Shown here: positions 8,589-18,241 of the stretch, piece by piece
How the letters are laid out: every line of letters starts with the position of its first letter
Numbering within the stretch: position 1 is the stretch's first letter
Program-made: the position numbers and the translations under genes
Origin: Nitrospirota bacterium
GTDB lineage: Bacteria; Nitrospirota; Thermodesulfovibrionia; Thermodesulfovibrionales; UBA1546
Length of the DNA: 59,794 nucleotides
Assembly: GCA_021824065.1 (NCBI GenBank)
Contig: JAKALU010000004.1
Coordinates: 1 to 59,794, forward strand
Reading direction: 5' to 3'
Notes under the pieces: model-generated
What the model saw: only the letters and a program-made list of their open reading frames with translations
Told to the model about the DNA's origin: nothing
Databases searched by the model: none

Positions 8589-9477
8589 AAAAGAAAAAAT
8601 AGCGCTGTTTATCATAAAGCTGCTTATAAGCGCCAGCCTTCTTTATCTTGTCCTCTCAAAGGCCGGGATAAATAATGTGTTATCTATAATTAAGACCATA
8701 ACCCCGGTTGCCTTTGCCTCCGCAATACTTATTCATATCTTCTCTCAATATGTCTCATCCATAAGATGGAGGCTATTGTTGCCAGAAGAATTCAGGGGGA
8801 AAAGGCTGTTCTCTTTTTATCTGATAGGTTCTTTTTTTAATACATTCCTCCCGGGCATTATTGGCGGAGATGCTGTGAAGACTTATTACCTCTATAAGGA
8901 AACAAACAAGGGCAGCCTTAGCCTTGCCTCTGTATTTATGGATAGATACATAGGCTTTATATCATTAATGATTATGGGGCTCGTTGCATTTATATTAGGA
9001 TTCGGATATGTCAAAGGGACAATAATTGAATGGCTTTTACCTTCGATAATCTTATTGTTCCTGCTTGCAAGCCTCGTAATCTTTGGGCTTCGTCTCGGCA
9101 AAAGGATAAAGATGCTTTTTGAGTTTTATGAATATTTTCATGCGTACAGAAATCAAGGAGATGTGATTGCAAAAACCCTTCTCCTCTCATTTATTATCCA
9201 GGTGCTGAGCACACTGTCTCTATATGTAGTCACACTGGGCCTCGGCCAGCGCATATCACCCTTGTATTTTTTTATTTTTTTCCCTATTATTACTACGATT
9301 TCAACTTTGCCGATCTCCATATCTGGGATTGGCATAAGAGAAGGCTTATTTGTCCTTTTATTTGGGCTGTTAGGCATTAAACCTGAAATGGCAACCGCAA
9401 TGGCATTTGCATGGTTCTTATCTATTGCATCCGGAGGGCTTGCTGGACTCTTTGAATACCTGAGGTTAAAAAGATGA
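8578..9477 (+). CDS. Flippase-like membrane protein (UPF0104 / lysylphosphatidylglycerol synthase TM family)
   Basis: FFNTFLPGIIGGDAVK and PISISGIGIRE motifs, multiple TM helices, TTG start. Confidence 0.8.
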   Translation: MAHKKEKIALFIIKLLISASLLYLVLSKAGINNVLSIIKTITPVAFASAILIHIFSQYVSSIRWRLLLPEEFRGKRLFSFYLIGSFFNTFLPGIIGGDAVKTYYLYKETNKGSLSLASVFMDRYIGFISLMIMGLVAFILGFGYVKGTIIEWLLPSIILLFLLASLVIFGLRLGKRIKMLFEFYEYFHAYRNQGDVIAKTLLLSFIIQVLSTLSLYVVTLGLGQRISPLYFFIFFPIITTISTLPISISGIGIREGLFVLLFGLLGIKPEMATAMAFAWFLSIASGGLAGLFEYLRLKR

Positions 9478-9911
9478 CAGGGAAGGTCATTTCAATTAAT
9501 ATAAGCGATCAAAAGGGCGTTCGCAAAAAACCGGCTAAAGAGGCAGTGGTAAAAATAAATTATGGGATTGAAGGCGATGCACACGCCTCTGAAAAATGGC
9601 ACAGGCAGATTAGCCTTCTTGCAATTGAGAGCGTTAAGAAGATGCGGGCGATGGGCTTGGATGTAAATCCGGGTGATTTCGCAGAGAACATAACTACCGA
9701 AGGCATAAACCTCCCAGAACTTCCCATTGGCACCAGGATGACCATCGGTGAGGTTGAATTAGAGGTAAGCCAAATAGGCAAGGAATGTCACACCAGGTGT
9801 AATATATACTATCAGGCAGGTGATTGTGTTATGCCGAAAGAGGGGATCTTTGTGAAGGTTATTAAAGGTGGAAAGATTAAAGAAGGAGATGAAATAGCAG
9901 TCAGTATGTAG
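9474..9911 (+). CDS. MOSC domain protein
   Basis: GIEGDAH, RQISLL, PGDFAENIT, QIGKECH and MPKEGIF motifs. Confidence 0.85.
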   Translation: MTGKVISINISDQKGVRKKPAKEAVVKINYGIEGDAHASEKWHRQISLLAIESVKKMRAMGLDVNPGDFAENITTEGINLPELPIGTRMTIGEVELEVSQIGKECHTRCNIYYQAGDCVMPKEGIFVKVIKGGKIKEGDEIAVSM

Positions 9912-9966
9912 CAGACAGTGAACAGGATAAAAATATTCCTGACCACCGGCTACTGACTGCTGACTA
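9902..9966. repeat. Heptamer-armed intergenic hairpin element
   Basis: Left arm cagtatg/tagcaga/cagtgaa/cagga; right arm ctgacca/ccggcta/ctgactg/ctgacta. Same cag-/ctg- unit type as 6756-6790. Confidence 0.55.
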
Positions 9967-9976
9967 CGGGCTACTT

Positions 9977-10459
9977 ATGATTACGGTTGCTATTTTAACA
10001 TTGAGCGATAAGGGCTCAAGGGGTGAAAGAGAAGATTTAAGCGGCATCGAGATTAAAAAGATTCTCAATAAAATAGATGCTACAGTCAAATATTATGATA
10101 TTCTGCCTGATGAAAAGATGTTGATAAAAGAAAAACTTATAGAATATTCTAAGAGTGTAGACTTGATTATCACAACTGGCGGCACAGGGCTTTCACCGAG
10201 GGATGTTACCCCTGAAGCGACTCTCGAGGTGATTGACAGGGAAGTTCCCGGTATTACAGAGGCAATGAGGAGGGAAGGGTTGAAAAAAACAAAGAGGGCC
10301 ATGCTTTCAAGGGCAGTAGCTGGTGTTAAAGGCAGGACATTAATAGTAAACCTTCCTGGAAGTCCAAAGGCTGTAAAAGAAAACCTTGAGGTTATACTGG
10401 ATGTGATACCTCATGCAATAGAGAAGATTAAGGGGGATACGACAGAATGTGGAAGATGA
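9977..10459 (+). CDS. mog: Molybdopterin adenylyltransferase MogA/MoaB family
   Basis: LTLSD, TTGGTGLSPRDVTPEAT, SRAVAG, NLPGSPKAV. Confidence 0.9.
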   Translation: MITVAILTLSDKGSRGEREDLSGIEIKKILNKIDATVKYYDILPDEKMLIKEKLIEYSKSVDLIITTGGTGLSPRDVTPEATLEVIDREVPGITEAMRREGLKKTKRAMLSRAVAGVKGRTLIVNLPGSPKAVKENLEVILDVIPHAIEKIKGDTTECGR

Positions 10460-10460
10460 A

Positions 10461-10525
10461 AGTTTATTGTGTTTATATAGTTTATGGAGTTTTGAACTCA
10501 ATAAACTCAAAGAACTCAATAAACC
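10461..10525. repeat. Nonamer-armed intergenic hairpin element (possible terminator)
   Basis: agtttattg/tgtttatat/agtttatgg facing aactcaata/aactcaaag/aactcaata/aacc. Confidence 0.55.
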
Positions 10526-10544
10526 CTAAATCTGGGTGTGCAAG

Positions 10545-11267
10545 ATGAAGGATGTTTCTTTCTCATTAGCATTCTTAGCAGGGATATTATCTTTTCTTTC
10601 ACCATGCGTCTTGCCATTGGTCCCTTCATACGTGTCATTTATAACAGGCATATCATTTGAAGACCTCACAGGCAGTACTGACAGGAAAAGGATAAGGAAT
10701 CTTACAATCACAAGCTCACTTGCATTCATATTAGGATTTTCCGCAGTATTCATTTCCCTTGGTGCCTCATCTTCTGCAGTAGGGCGGCTTCTTTTTGAAT
10801 ATCAGGACTGGATAAGGATAATTGGCGGCATTCTTATCATAATCTTCGGTCTTTTTATAGCAGGTTTTCTTAAACTCGATTTTCTTATGAAAGACAGAAA
10901 GATACATCTGAGTGGCAGGCCTGCAGGATATGCCGGGACATTTATTATCGGTATGACATTTGCTGCAGGGTGGACTCCGTGCATAGGCCCGATTCTGGGG
11001 TCTATACTCCTTTATGCAAGCACGAAAGGCTCCGCAGTTTATGGATTCAAATTGCTTGCAGTATATTCGCTTGGGCTCGCTGTCCCATTCTTTGTATCGT
11101 CGCTCGCTATAAACAGTTTTTTAAGCTACTCAAAAAAACTCCAGAGGTATATGCGGGTGATAATGATTATCAGCGGTTTGCTTCTCATTGTCTTTGGCAT
11201 TATGCTTCTTACAAATAGACTAAGAGAACTTACAGGTCTCTTCCCTGATTTCGGGATAAATTTCTGA
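10545..11267 (+). CDS. ccdA: Cytochrome c biogenesis / disulfide-transfer protein CcdA
   Basis: SFLSPCVLPLVP and GWTPCIGPIL motifs. Confidence 0.9.
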   Translation: MKDVSFSLAFLAGILSFLSPCVLPLVPSYVSFITGISFEDLTGSTDRKRIRNLTITSSLAFILGFSAVFISLGASSSAVGRLLFEYQDWIRIIGGILIIIFGLFIAGFLKLDFLMKDRKIHLSGRPAGYAGTFIIGMTFAAGWTPCIGPILGSILLYASTKGSAVYGFKLLAVYSLGLAVPFFVSSLAINSFLSYSKKLQRYMRVIMIISGLLLIVFGIMLLTNRLRELTGLFPDFGINF

Positions 11268-11281
11268 GCTGATTGTAAGAG

Positions 11282-13423
11282 ATGGGATACGAATTAAAGC
11301 ACAGGACCAATAGAAAAGTTTCATCAGGTAAATATTATCCGCTCGGCGCTGCCTTATACAAGGATGGTGTTAATTTCGCAGTCTATTCACAGAATGCATC
11401 TGAGGTATTTCTCCTTTTATTTGACAGGCCTGATGGGGAACCAACAGACATTATAAAGCTTGAAAACCGAACAAAATATATATGGTATACATTTGTCCAT
11501 GGACTGAAGGCAGGACAGCTTTATGGATATAAGGTCAAGGGCGATTTCAACCCTGCATACGGCATGAGATTTAATGAGAATAAACTTTTGATTGATCCAT
11601 ATGCAAAGGCACTGACAGGAAAATTTAAAAATACTGATAACCTTCTCCTTGCATACGATCCAAATTTATATGCTAAGGACCTCTCAATGGACAATCGGGA
11701 CAACACTCAGGTTGTTCCAAAATCAATTGTTGTAGCTGATAATTTCGAGTGGCAGGGCGATGTGCATCCTGACATACCTTTTGAGAAGTTGATTATTTAT
11801 GAAGTTCATCTCAAGGGTTTTACAGCACACAGATCGTCTGGTGTCAAAAACCCGGGGATGTATTTAGGTTTTATTGAAAAGATTCCTCATCTCAAAGACC
11901 TTGGAATAAATGCTGTCGAGTTCCTCCCTGTCCAGGAGTTTTGTGTTGAAGATTTTCTTCTGAATAAGGGGCTGACAAATTATTGGGGATATAATACCAT
12001 AGGTTTTTTTGCGCCTGAATCATCATACAGCACAAAAAGTTTCCCCGGCTGTCAGGTTAATGAATTTAAAACACTTGTGTGTGAACTCCATAAGGCTGGC
12101 ATTGAAGTAATAATGGACGTTGTTTACAACCACACAGGCGAGGGGAATGAGCTTGGAACCACAATGTGTTTTAAAGGGATAGACAACCCGACATATTACA
12201 CCCTTACAGGGACTTATAGAGAGCCCTATCGTTATTATATGAATTATACAGGTTGCGGAAACAGTCTTAATCTTGCGAATACCCATGTTATCAGGTTTGT
12301 CATGGACTCACTCAGATATTGGGTTGAGGAGATGCATGTTGATGGGTTCAGATTTGACCTTGCGTCAGTATTGGGCCGCGAGGAAGGGTGGTTTCAAAAA
12401 TCAGCATCCTTTTTCGATGCAATCTCTCAGGACCCTGTCTTAAACAGGATAAAATTGATTGCTGAGCCATGGGACCTCGGTACATATCAGGATCAGGTCG
12501 GAAATTTCCCGGTTGACTGGTCTGAGTGGAACGGCAGGTTCAGGGATGTAATGAGGAGATTCGGCAAGGGCGACAGCGGACAGGTGAGAGACATTGGCTG
12601 GCGGTTGACCGGTTCTGCTGACCTGTATGGAGATGATGGAAGGTCTGCATATAACAGCATAAATTTCATTACCTGTCATGATGGTTTTACCTTGAATGAC
12701 CTTGTCTCATACAATTACAAGCATAACGAGGCTAACCTTGAAAACAATAATGACGGCACAAATGACAATAACTCATGGAACTGTGGAGTTGAAGGAGAGA
12801 CTGATGATGAGGGTGTCATTAATCTGAGGAAACAGCTTGTAAAAAATTATGCATGTTATCTCCTGTTTTCATCGGGCACGCCTATGATTCTTGGTGGCGA
12901 TGAATTTATGAGGACGCAAGAGGGCAATAACAATGCCTACTGTCAGGACAATGATATAAGCTGGTTTGACTGGGATTACGTAAAGAAGAATTCGGATATT
13001 CTGACTTTTTTCAAAAAAACTATTGCGCTGACAAAAAGATATACAATTCTTCAGAGGAGAAAATTCTTCCTCGGCCGCGATTTGAATGCTAACCATATTC
13101 CTGACATTACATGGTTTGGAAAAAATCTTGATAAACCCTCGTGGGATGATCCAGAGCTTCGCACGCTCTGTTATCAACTCGACGGTGGCGAGGAGAGATC
13201 AGAGGTCGGTGATTACCAGCTTTTTATTATCCTGAATGCTGATTTTAATTTACAGTCTGTTAAAATCCTTCAACTTAAAGATGGGAAAAAATGGTACAGG
13301 GTTATTGACACAAGCCTTAAGAGCGGAGAAGATTTTCTTGATGTTGGCAAAGAGATATTCCTTAGTCCTTCTGATTACTACATCGCTAATCCGAGGAGCA
13401 CAGTTGTGCTGCTTGGGAAGTGA
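11282..13423 (+). CDS. glgX: Glycogen debranching enzyme (isoamylase, GH13)
   Basis: YWGYNTIGFFAP, DVVYNHT, DGFRFDLA, IAEPWD, NFITCHDGFTL. Confidence 0.95.
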   Translation: MGYELKHRTNRKVSSGKYYPLGAALYKDGVNFAVYSQNASEVFLLLFDRPDGEPTDIIKLENRTKYIWYTFVHGLKAGQLYGYKVKGDFNPAYGMRFNENKLLIDPYAKALTGKFKNTDNLLLAYDPNLYAKDLSMDNRDNTQVVPKSIVVADNFEWQGDVHPDIPFEKLIIYEVHLKGFTAHRSSGVKNPGMYLGFIEKIPHLKDLGINAVEFLPVQEFCVEDFLLNKGLTNYWGYNTIGFFAPESSYSTKSFPGCQVNEFKTLVCELHKAGIEVIMDVVYNHTGEGNELGTTMCFKGIDNPTYYTLTGTYREPYRYYMNYTGCGNSLNLANTHVIRFVMDSLRYWVEEMHVDGFRFDLASVLGREEGWFQKSASFFDAISQDPVLNRIKLIAEPWDLGTYQDQVGNFPVDWSEWNGRFRDVMRRFGKGDSGQVRDIGWRLTGSADLYGDDGRSAYNSINFITCHDGFTLNDLVSYNYKHNEANLENNNDGTNDNNSWNCGVEGETDDEGVINLRKQLVKNYACYLLFSSGTPMILGGDEFMRTQEGNNNAYCQDNDISWFDWDYVKKNSDILTFFKKTIALTKRYTILQRRKFFLGRDLNANHIPDITWFGKNLDKPSWDDPELRTLCYQLDGGEERSEVGDYQLFIILNADFNLQSVKILQLKDGKKWYRVIDTSLKSGEDFLDVGKEIFLSPSDYYIANPRSTVVLLGK

Positions 13424-13489
13424 ATTAGACCTTATTCTGCAAAAGACTTTTCAGTTATTCATGTCTCCTGTTTATTTATATAACTGTAT

Positions 13490-14104
13490 TTATTGAGTTA
13501 ATGTGAGGGATGATATTGCTCCCTCGCGGAGTATTTTTATCTTCCCACCAGTGACATCCACAATTGTTGACGGCAGACCACCTGGAGTTTTGCCTCCATC
13601 TATTATCAAGTCTATCTTATCTTCAAAATATGTTATAACTGCCTTTGCACTATCTGCAGGAAGCATCCCTGAAATATTAGCGCTCGTTGCTGTTATAGGA
13701 AATCCTGCTTCTTTTGCAAGATGAAGAGCGATTGATTCACCGGGAATCCTCACTGCAACCTTGCCTGTATTTGCTGTCAGATAATTTGATAAGCCTTCTT
13801 TTGCATTCAATAGCAGAGTCAATGGCCCTGGCCAGAACTTATCCATGAGCGCTGATGCGCTGGTGTTTACCGATGCAGCAATCATCGGGAGTATTTCCCC
13901 TGTGCCAATGATAAGTGGCATTGGTTTTTCTTCAGGTCTTTTTTTAAGTTCATAAAGTTTTTTTAGAGAGTCCTCATTATCATATTTAGCACCAAGACCA
14001 TAGAAGGTTTCAGTAGGGTAGGCAATAATGCCTCCTTTTTTGAGTATCTCAACTGCTTTTTGCAGAACCTCGTTGAGATTATTCTCTGTGATTTTCACGA
14101 GCAT
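13490..14104 (-). CDS. tsaC: L-threonylcarbamoyladenylate synthase (Sua5/YrdC)
   Basis: AYPTETFYGLGA, KKRP, FWPGPLT, TATSANISG. Start placed at the internal ATG 14104. Confidence 0.92.
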   Translation of the reverse strand: MLVKITENNLNEVLQKAVEILKKGGIIAYPTETFYGLGAKYDNEDSLKKLYELKKRPEEKPMPLIIGTGEILPMIAASVNTSASALMDKFWPGPLTLLLNAKEGLSNYLTANTGKVAVRIPGESIALHLAKEAGFPITATSANISGMLPADSAKAVITYFEDKIDLIIDGGKTPGGLPSTIVDVTGGKIKILREGAISSLTLTQ

Positions 14105-14134
14105 GATCAATTTAGAGATGATTGATATTGTGGA

Positions 14135-14285
14135 GGGAGAACAGGCAGAGGAAAAATTTTTATACGACACCGCAAAGTGAAACCCTTAGGGCCGAAAACG
14201 GAAAAACATTTATCTTTTAAGCCAAATACGACTGCCATATATTTATCATGTCGATTATAAAAATTTTTCCTCTGCCTGTTCTCCC
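14135..14285. mobile_element. MITE-like element with perfect 30-bp terminal inverted repeats
   Basis: gggagaacaggcagaggaaaaatttttata (14135-14164) is the exact reverse complement of 14256-14285. There is no ORF inside. Confidence 0.65.
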
Positions 14286-14301
14286 AGCACTATCCGAACT
14301 A

Positions 14302-15657
14302 TCAATACTTCTCCATGCGTATCCTTATTGTATTCCCATGCGCCTCAAGTCCTTCGATATCTGCGATGGTTTCGACTGTTTTTGCAAGCTTCAGAAACCC
14401 ATGCTTCATGAATGAAAGAATGCTTGAGCGTTTAATAAAATCATAAACACCAAGTGGCGATGAAAACCTTGCAGTCCCCCCGGTTGGCAGAGTGTGATTC
14501 GGGCCTGCTGAATAATCCCCCAGCGGCTCTGGAGTCCATGGGCCCAAGAATATTGCACCGGCATTCCTGATCATCGGCAGGATAGAAGCAGGTTTTTTAG
14601 TGACTATCTCAAGATGTTCAGGCGCAATTTTATTTGAAAGTTCAATGGCCTGGGTTATATCTTTCACGATAATAATTGCTCCATAACTTGAAATAGATTT
14701 TTTTGCAATATCTTTTCTCTTGAGATCTTTGAGTTGTTTTCCAAGTTCCTTGTTGACCTTTTCTGCAAGGGCAATGGAGTTCGTAATTAATATTGCTGAT
14801 GCAAGTTCATCATGCTCTGCCTGGCTTAACATATCCGCTGCAATGAAAGCAGGATTTGCTGAATCGTCTGCGATTATCAGAATCTCGCTTGGCCCTGCGA
14901 TCATGTCAATGTCCACCACTCCAAAGACCATCCTCTTTGCTGTTGCTACATAGATATTCCCAGGTCCCACAATCTTATCAACCTTTCTTATCGTCTCAGT
15001 GCCGTAAGCCATTGCCCCTATTGCCTGTGCTCCGCCGATTCTATACACCTCTTTAATATCAAGCAATTTTATTGCTGCCATCACGTAGGGGTTTATCTCT
15101 CCTTTAGGCGTAGGGACACAAAGGGCGATTTCTTTAACGCCGGCAACCTGTGCGGGTATTACATTCATCAAAACAGTAGATGGATATGATGCCTTGCCGC
15201 CAGGTACATACACACCTGTTCTTTCAACCGGCTGTATAATCTGGCCGAGGAGAGCGTGGGGGGAACGTTGTTTTCCCCACGTGCCCCCCTTAAAGATTTC
15301 AACATAATTACCCACAGGAAATTTCCTGTAGTTTTTATCCTCAACTAACCATGACCCTTCTTTCTGCACCTCATGAAATTTACGTATCCTCTTTGCAGAA
15401 ATCTCAAGGGCTTTAACAACCTTTTTATCAGCCCTGTTTGCAAATTTCGATATCTCAGCAGGTTTTAATATCAATGTCTTTGCATCCGGATAGTCAAATC
15501 TCTTTGTGTATTTGAGGACAGCGGTATTGCCATTCTTCCTCACATTATTGAGGATTGAGCTTACTTTTTTTTCTATTACAGGATTACTGCCCTGGGCGCG
15601 CTTTCTTAAAACACTGAGAAATAGCTGAATATCTTTTATTTTTCTTATAATTCTCAT
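14302..15657 (-). CDS. hisD: Histidinol dehydrogenase with an in-frame palindromic insertion
   Basis: YVPGGKASYPS, GGAQAI, GPGNIYV, IDMIAGPSE, QAEHD, APEHLE, GPNHTLPT. Start placed at ATG 15657. Confidence 0.95.
   Translation of the reverse strand: MRIIRKIKDIQLFLSVLRKRAQGSNPVIEKKVSSILNNVRKNGNTAVLKYTKRFDYPDAKTLILKPAEISKFANRADKKVVKALEISAKRIRKFHEVQKEGSWLVEDKNYRKFPVGNYVEIFKGGTWGKQRSPHALLGQIIQPVERTGVYVPGGKASYPSTVLMNVIPAQVAGVKEIALCVPTPKGEINPYVMAAIKLLDIKEVYRIGGAQAIGAMAYGTETIRKVDKIVGPGNIYVATAKRMVFGVVDIDMIAGPSEILIIADDSANPAFIAADMLSQAEHDELASAILITNSIALAEKVNKELGKQLKDLKRKDIAKKSISSYGAIIIVKDITQAIELSNKIAPEHLEIVTKKPASILPMIRNAGAIFLGPWTPEPLGDYSAGPNHTLPTGGTARFSSPLGVYDFIKRSSILSFMKHGFLKLAKTVETIADIEGLEAHGNTIRIRMEKY
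15256..15330. repeat. In-frame palindromic insertion in hisD
   Basis: Hairpin gtggggggaa...ttccccac (15256-15280) plus the perfect 16-bp palindrome acaggaaatttcctgt (15314-15329). Confidence 0.65.
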
Positions 15658-15789
15658 AACGCTAATTTTAGCCTTTAGTTTGTGATTATTCAAGGATTTT
15701 CAGGCAATAAGGCCAAAATTTTTTATTAAATGGCGCAAAAGATATTGACATTAATTTTTAATTTGAGATAATTATTACGGGAGCAGCCT

Positions 15790-17124
15790 ATGCCGAATAA
15801 AACAGAGTACAAAAAAACTGCTGTAGAATCCATTAAATACCAGTTAAGAATCCTCAATGGGATTGTTCTGCTTATTGTTTGTTCCCTTCTGGTTTTGATT
15901 GTAAGATTTTTATATGAGTTCATTGATTATGTCTCTACGCCTTTCCTGGTTGCCATTCTGTCGATTGTTGCAGGACTTGTGGTTATAGGTATGTATTTGG
16001 CCAATACAGTATCCAGAAATGCCATCAGAAAAATAGAAGAATACATCAAGAAATTAAATGCCCTCCTGACCACTACTAAAGACATACGAGAGATAGTTCA
16101 TGGTGATGTGCTTCTGGAGAATATTATGGACGGGTCATTAAAGATTGCAGGAGCAGACGCAGGTTCGCTTTTGCTTACCGAAGGGGATAGTCTCGTATTC
16201 AAGGTGGTGAAGGGCAGTGAGAGCAGTAAACTTGTAGGACTTTCAATTCCAAAATCTCGTGGTATCGCTGCATGGGTTGTGAATAATGGGAGCGCTGTCA
16301 TGATTGACAATGTTAAAAATGACAGCAGGTTTGATCCAGCGATAGATAAGATGACAGGCTACGACACAAAATCAGTTCTATGCATACCTTTAAAAATAAG
16401 CTCCGGGATAATAGGGGCATTGGAAATTGTTAATAAAAAGAATGGTGCGTTTAGTCGTGAGGATGAAGAACTGGTATCGTATTTTGCTGACCAGGCTGCT
16501 ATAAATATTGCCAGGTCAAAGTTCTATGAAGATCAGAAAAATTATGAGATCCATCTCACAGATATACTGCTCGATGCCATGGACAGTCATATTCATGAAA
16601 AGCGCGGGCATTCAAAGAGGGTTGCAAAATACAGTCTCCTGATGGCGCGCGCAATAAATATGTCTGAGGATGAGAAGAAAAAATTATATCGTGCCTGTCT
16701 GCTACATGACATTGGATTTCTGAAGATACGGTTGAAGGATGTATCCTCGAAGGAGGAATATCAGGCGCATTCCCGGCTTGCCCATGAGATGCTGCGGCAG
16801 ATAAATTTTTATGCTGATATTGCTCCATTTGTTTTATACCATCATGAGCGTTACGACGGCAATGGATACCCCGCAGGCCTGAAGGGAGAGGCTATCCCGC
16901 TGGAATCGAGGATAATTGCTATTGCAGAGGCATTCGATGCGATGGTTAGCAGAGATTCGTATAAGTATATCGGAAAGGTGATTAGCAGGGATGTGATGCC
17001 TTCTGCCCAAGGGTTTCGTGATGCGATCGAAGAACTTAAGAATAATGCCGGAACCCAATTTGACCCTGAACTTGTAGAAATCTTTGTGAGCAACGTTAGT
17101 GAGAGTTTCTTAGAAGAGGTGTGA
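15790..17124 (+). CDS. Membrane-anchored GAF + HD-GYP domain protein
   Basis: Two N-terminal TM helices, GAF domain, GHSKRV, LLHDIG, HHERYDGNGYP. Confidence 0.85.
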   Translation: MPNKTEYKKTAVESIKYQLRILNGIVLLIVCSLLVLIVRFLYEFIDYVSTPFLVAILSIVAGLVVIGMYLANTVSRNAIRKIEEYIKKLNALLTTTKDIREIVHGDVLLENIMDGSLKIAGADAGSLLLTEGDSLVFKVVKGSESSKLVGLSIPKSRGIAAWVVNNGSAVMIDNVKNDSRFDPAIDKMTGYDTKSVLCIPLKISSGIIGALEIVNKKNGAFSREDEELVSYFADQAAINIARSKFYEDQKNYEIHLTDILLDAMDSHIHEKRGHSKRVAKYSLLMARAINMSEDEKKKLYRACLLHDIGFLKIRLKDVSSKEEYQAHSRLAHEMLRQINFYADIAPFVLYHHERYDGNGYPAGLKGEAIPLESRIIAIAEAFDAMVSRDSYKYIGKVISRDVMPSAQGFRDAIEELKNNAGTQFDPELVEIFVSNVSESFLEEV

Positions 17125-18177
17125 GAATTCCCTTTCTATATGCTCTATAAGTCTTGTTCTCACTGTCTCTTCCCTGTATAAATCAAGCAGCATCCCGGCA
17201 TAGAGTGTTACCCTCTTATAACAGCTTACCCTTGCCGCCTCTATTTCATCCCAATTTCCTGCTTCAACAAGTTTCTCGAAGGCTTCGGGTATTTCTTTGA
17301 ATATCGATTTTCTGTAGCCGCGCAGTGATGAGACATAAAAGGCGAGGGAGCCGGCATTTTTCAAGTCCATCAGGCGCCTGAGCATCCCGTTTTCCGATGT
17401 ATCTGCAAGGAGGTCTTTTATCCCGCGTGCTAATAGTTCAGCCCTGCTGTTTGATATAGAAAACAGGAGGTTTTTCCATTCCTCACCCAGCCTCTCTCCT
17501 TCGAGCGCCTCACCGACTTCATGATAAATATAGGATTCTATCTCGGATTCTGCAATCCCCATGAGTTTAATGTTCAGGGTTTCGGTTGGTTCTTCATCAG
17601 GTGAAACCGCATAAGAATCAAAGGCAAAGGCAAGGGCTCCCTTAGATCTATTTAACCTTAGTTCAATGAACCTGTCCCACAGCAAAAGCAGAATTGCATT
17701 CCTTCGCACAATAATATTTTTATTCTGTAACATTGCAGGATAGACTGCCATATCTCTCACATACTCTTTGCCAGCGATGTGCACAGTATATCCTTTGATG
17801 ACATCCATCTTATGGAGTTCAGCAATAAAGAATGACGGCTTCATATGCCGGCCATAACCAGCACCATAAAGAATGCCGAGAGGTACGAGTATTGCATTTA
17901 CAGAATCGTTATCAAGCGCATCATATTCTTTATTGTTTATCTTTATTGGAATATAATCCTGATGTTCGAGTTCAGACCACAGTTTTTCCCTGACAGGAAT
18001 CCAGTCAAGGATGGCTTCTTTTTCAACGTCTTCCCATGGTTTAATCCCGTTTTCAAATCTGTATAATTCTCGTAGCGAGAGCAGAAGGCCGCATATAGTG
18101 TAGTTGCCCCAGTACTTTGCGTCTGAGATATCGCAGTTTCTCTTTACCTGCTTGATCAGATAATTAAGGTCGGCCAT
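17110..18177 (-). CDS. Conserved hypothetical protein (Sfum_1244-like)
   Basis: QVKRNCDISDA..WGNYTICGLLL N-terminus and YHEVGE motif. 355-aa ORF with RBS. Confidence 0.6.
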   Translation of the reverse strand: MADLNYLIKQVKRNCDISDAKYWGNYTICGLLLSLRELYRFENGIKPWEDVEKEAILDWIPVREKLWSELEHQDYIPIKINNKEYDALDNDSVNAILVPLGILYGAGYGRHMKPSFFIAELHKMDVIKGYTVHIAGKEYVRDMAVYPAMLQNKNIIVRRNAILLLLWDRFIELRLNRSKGALAFAFDSYAVSPDEEPTETLNIKLMGIAESEIESYIYHEVGEALEGERLGEEWKNLLFSISNSRAELLARGIKDLLADTSENGMLRRLMDLKNAGSLAFYVSSLRGYRKSIFKEIPEAFEKLVEAGNWDEIEAARVSCYKRVTLYAGMLLDLYREETVRTRLIEHIEREFSHLF

Positions 18178-18241
18178 TTTATCCTTATTAATATTTTATC
18201 AGAAATAGAAGTGACAGATGCGATCGAAAGATATTAATGCG

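Noticed and set aside
14165-14255. Possible c-di-GMP-I riboswitch (GCAAAG, GAAA) inside the TIR element
   Set aside because: The required paired elements and spacing could not be matched by eye; needs an Rfam scan.
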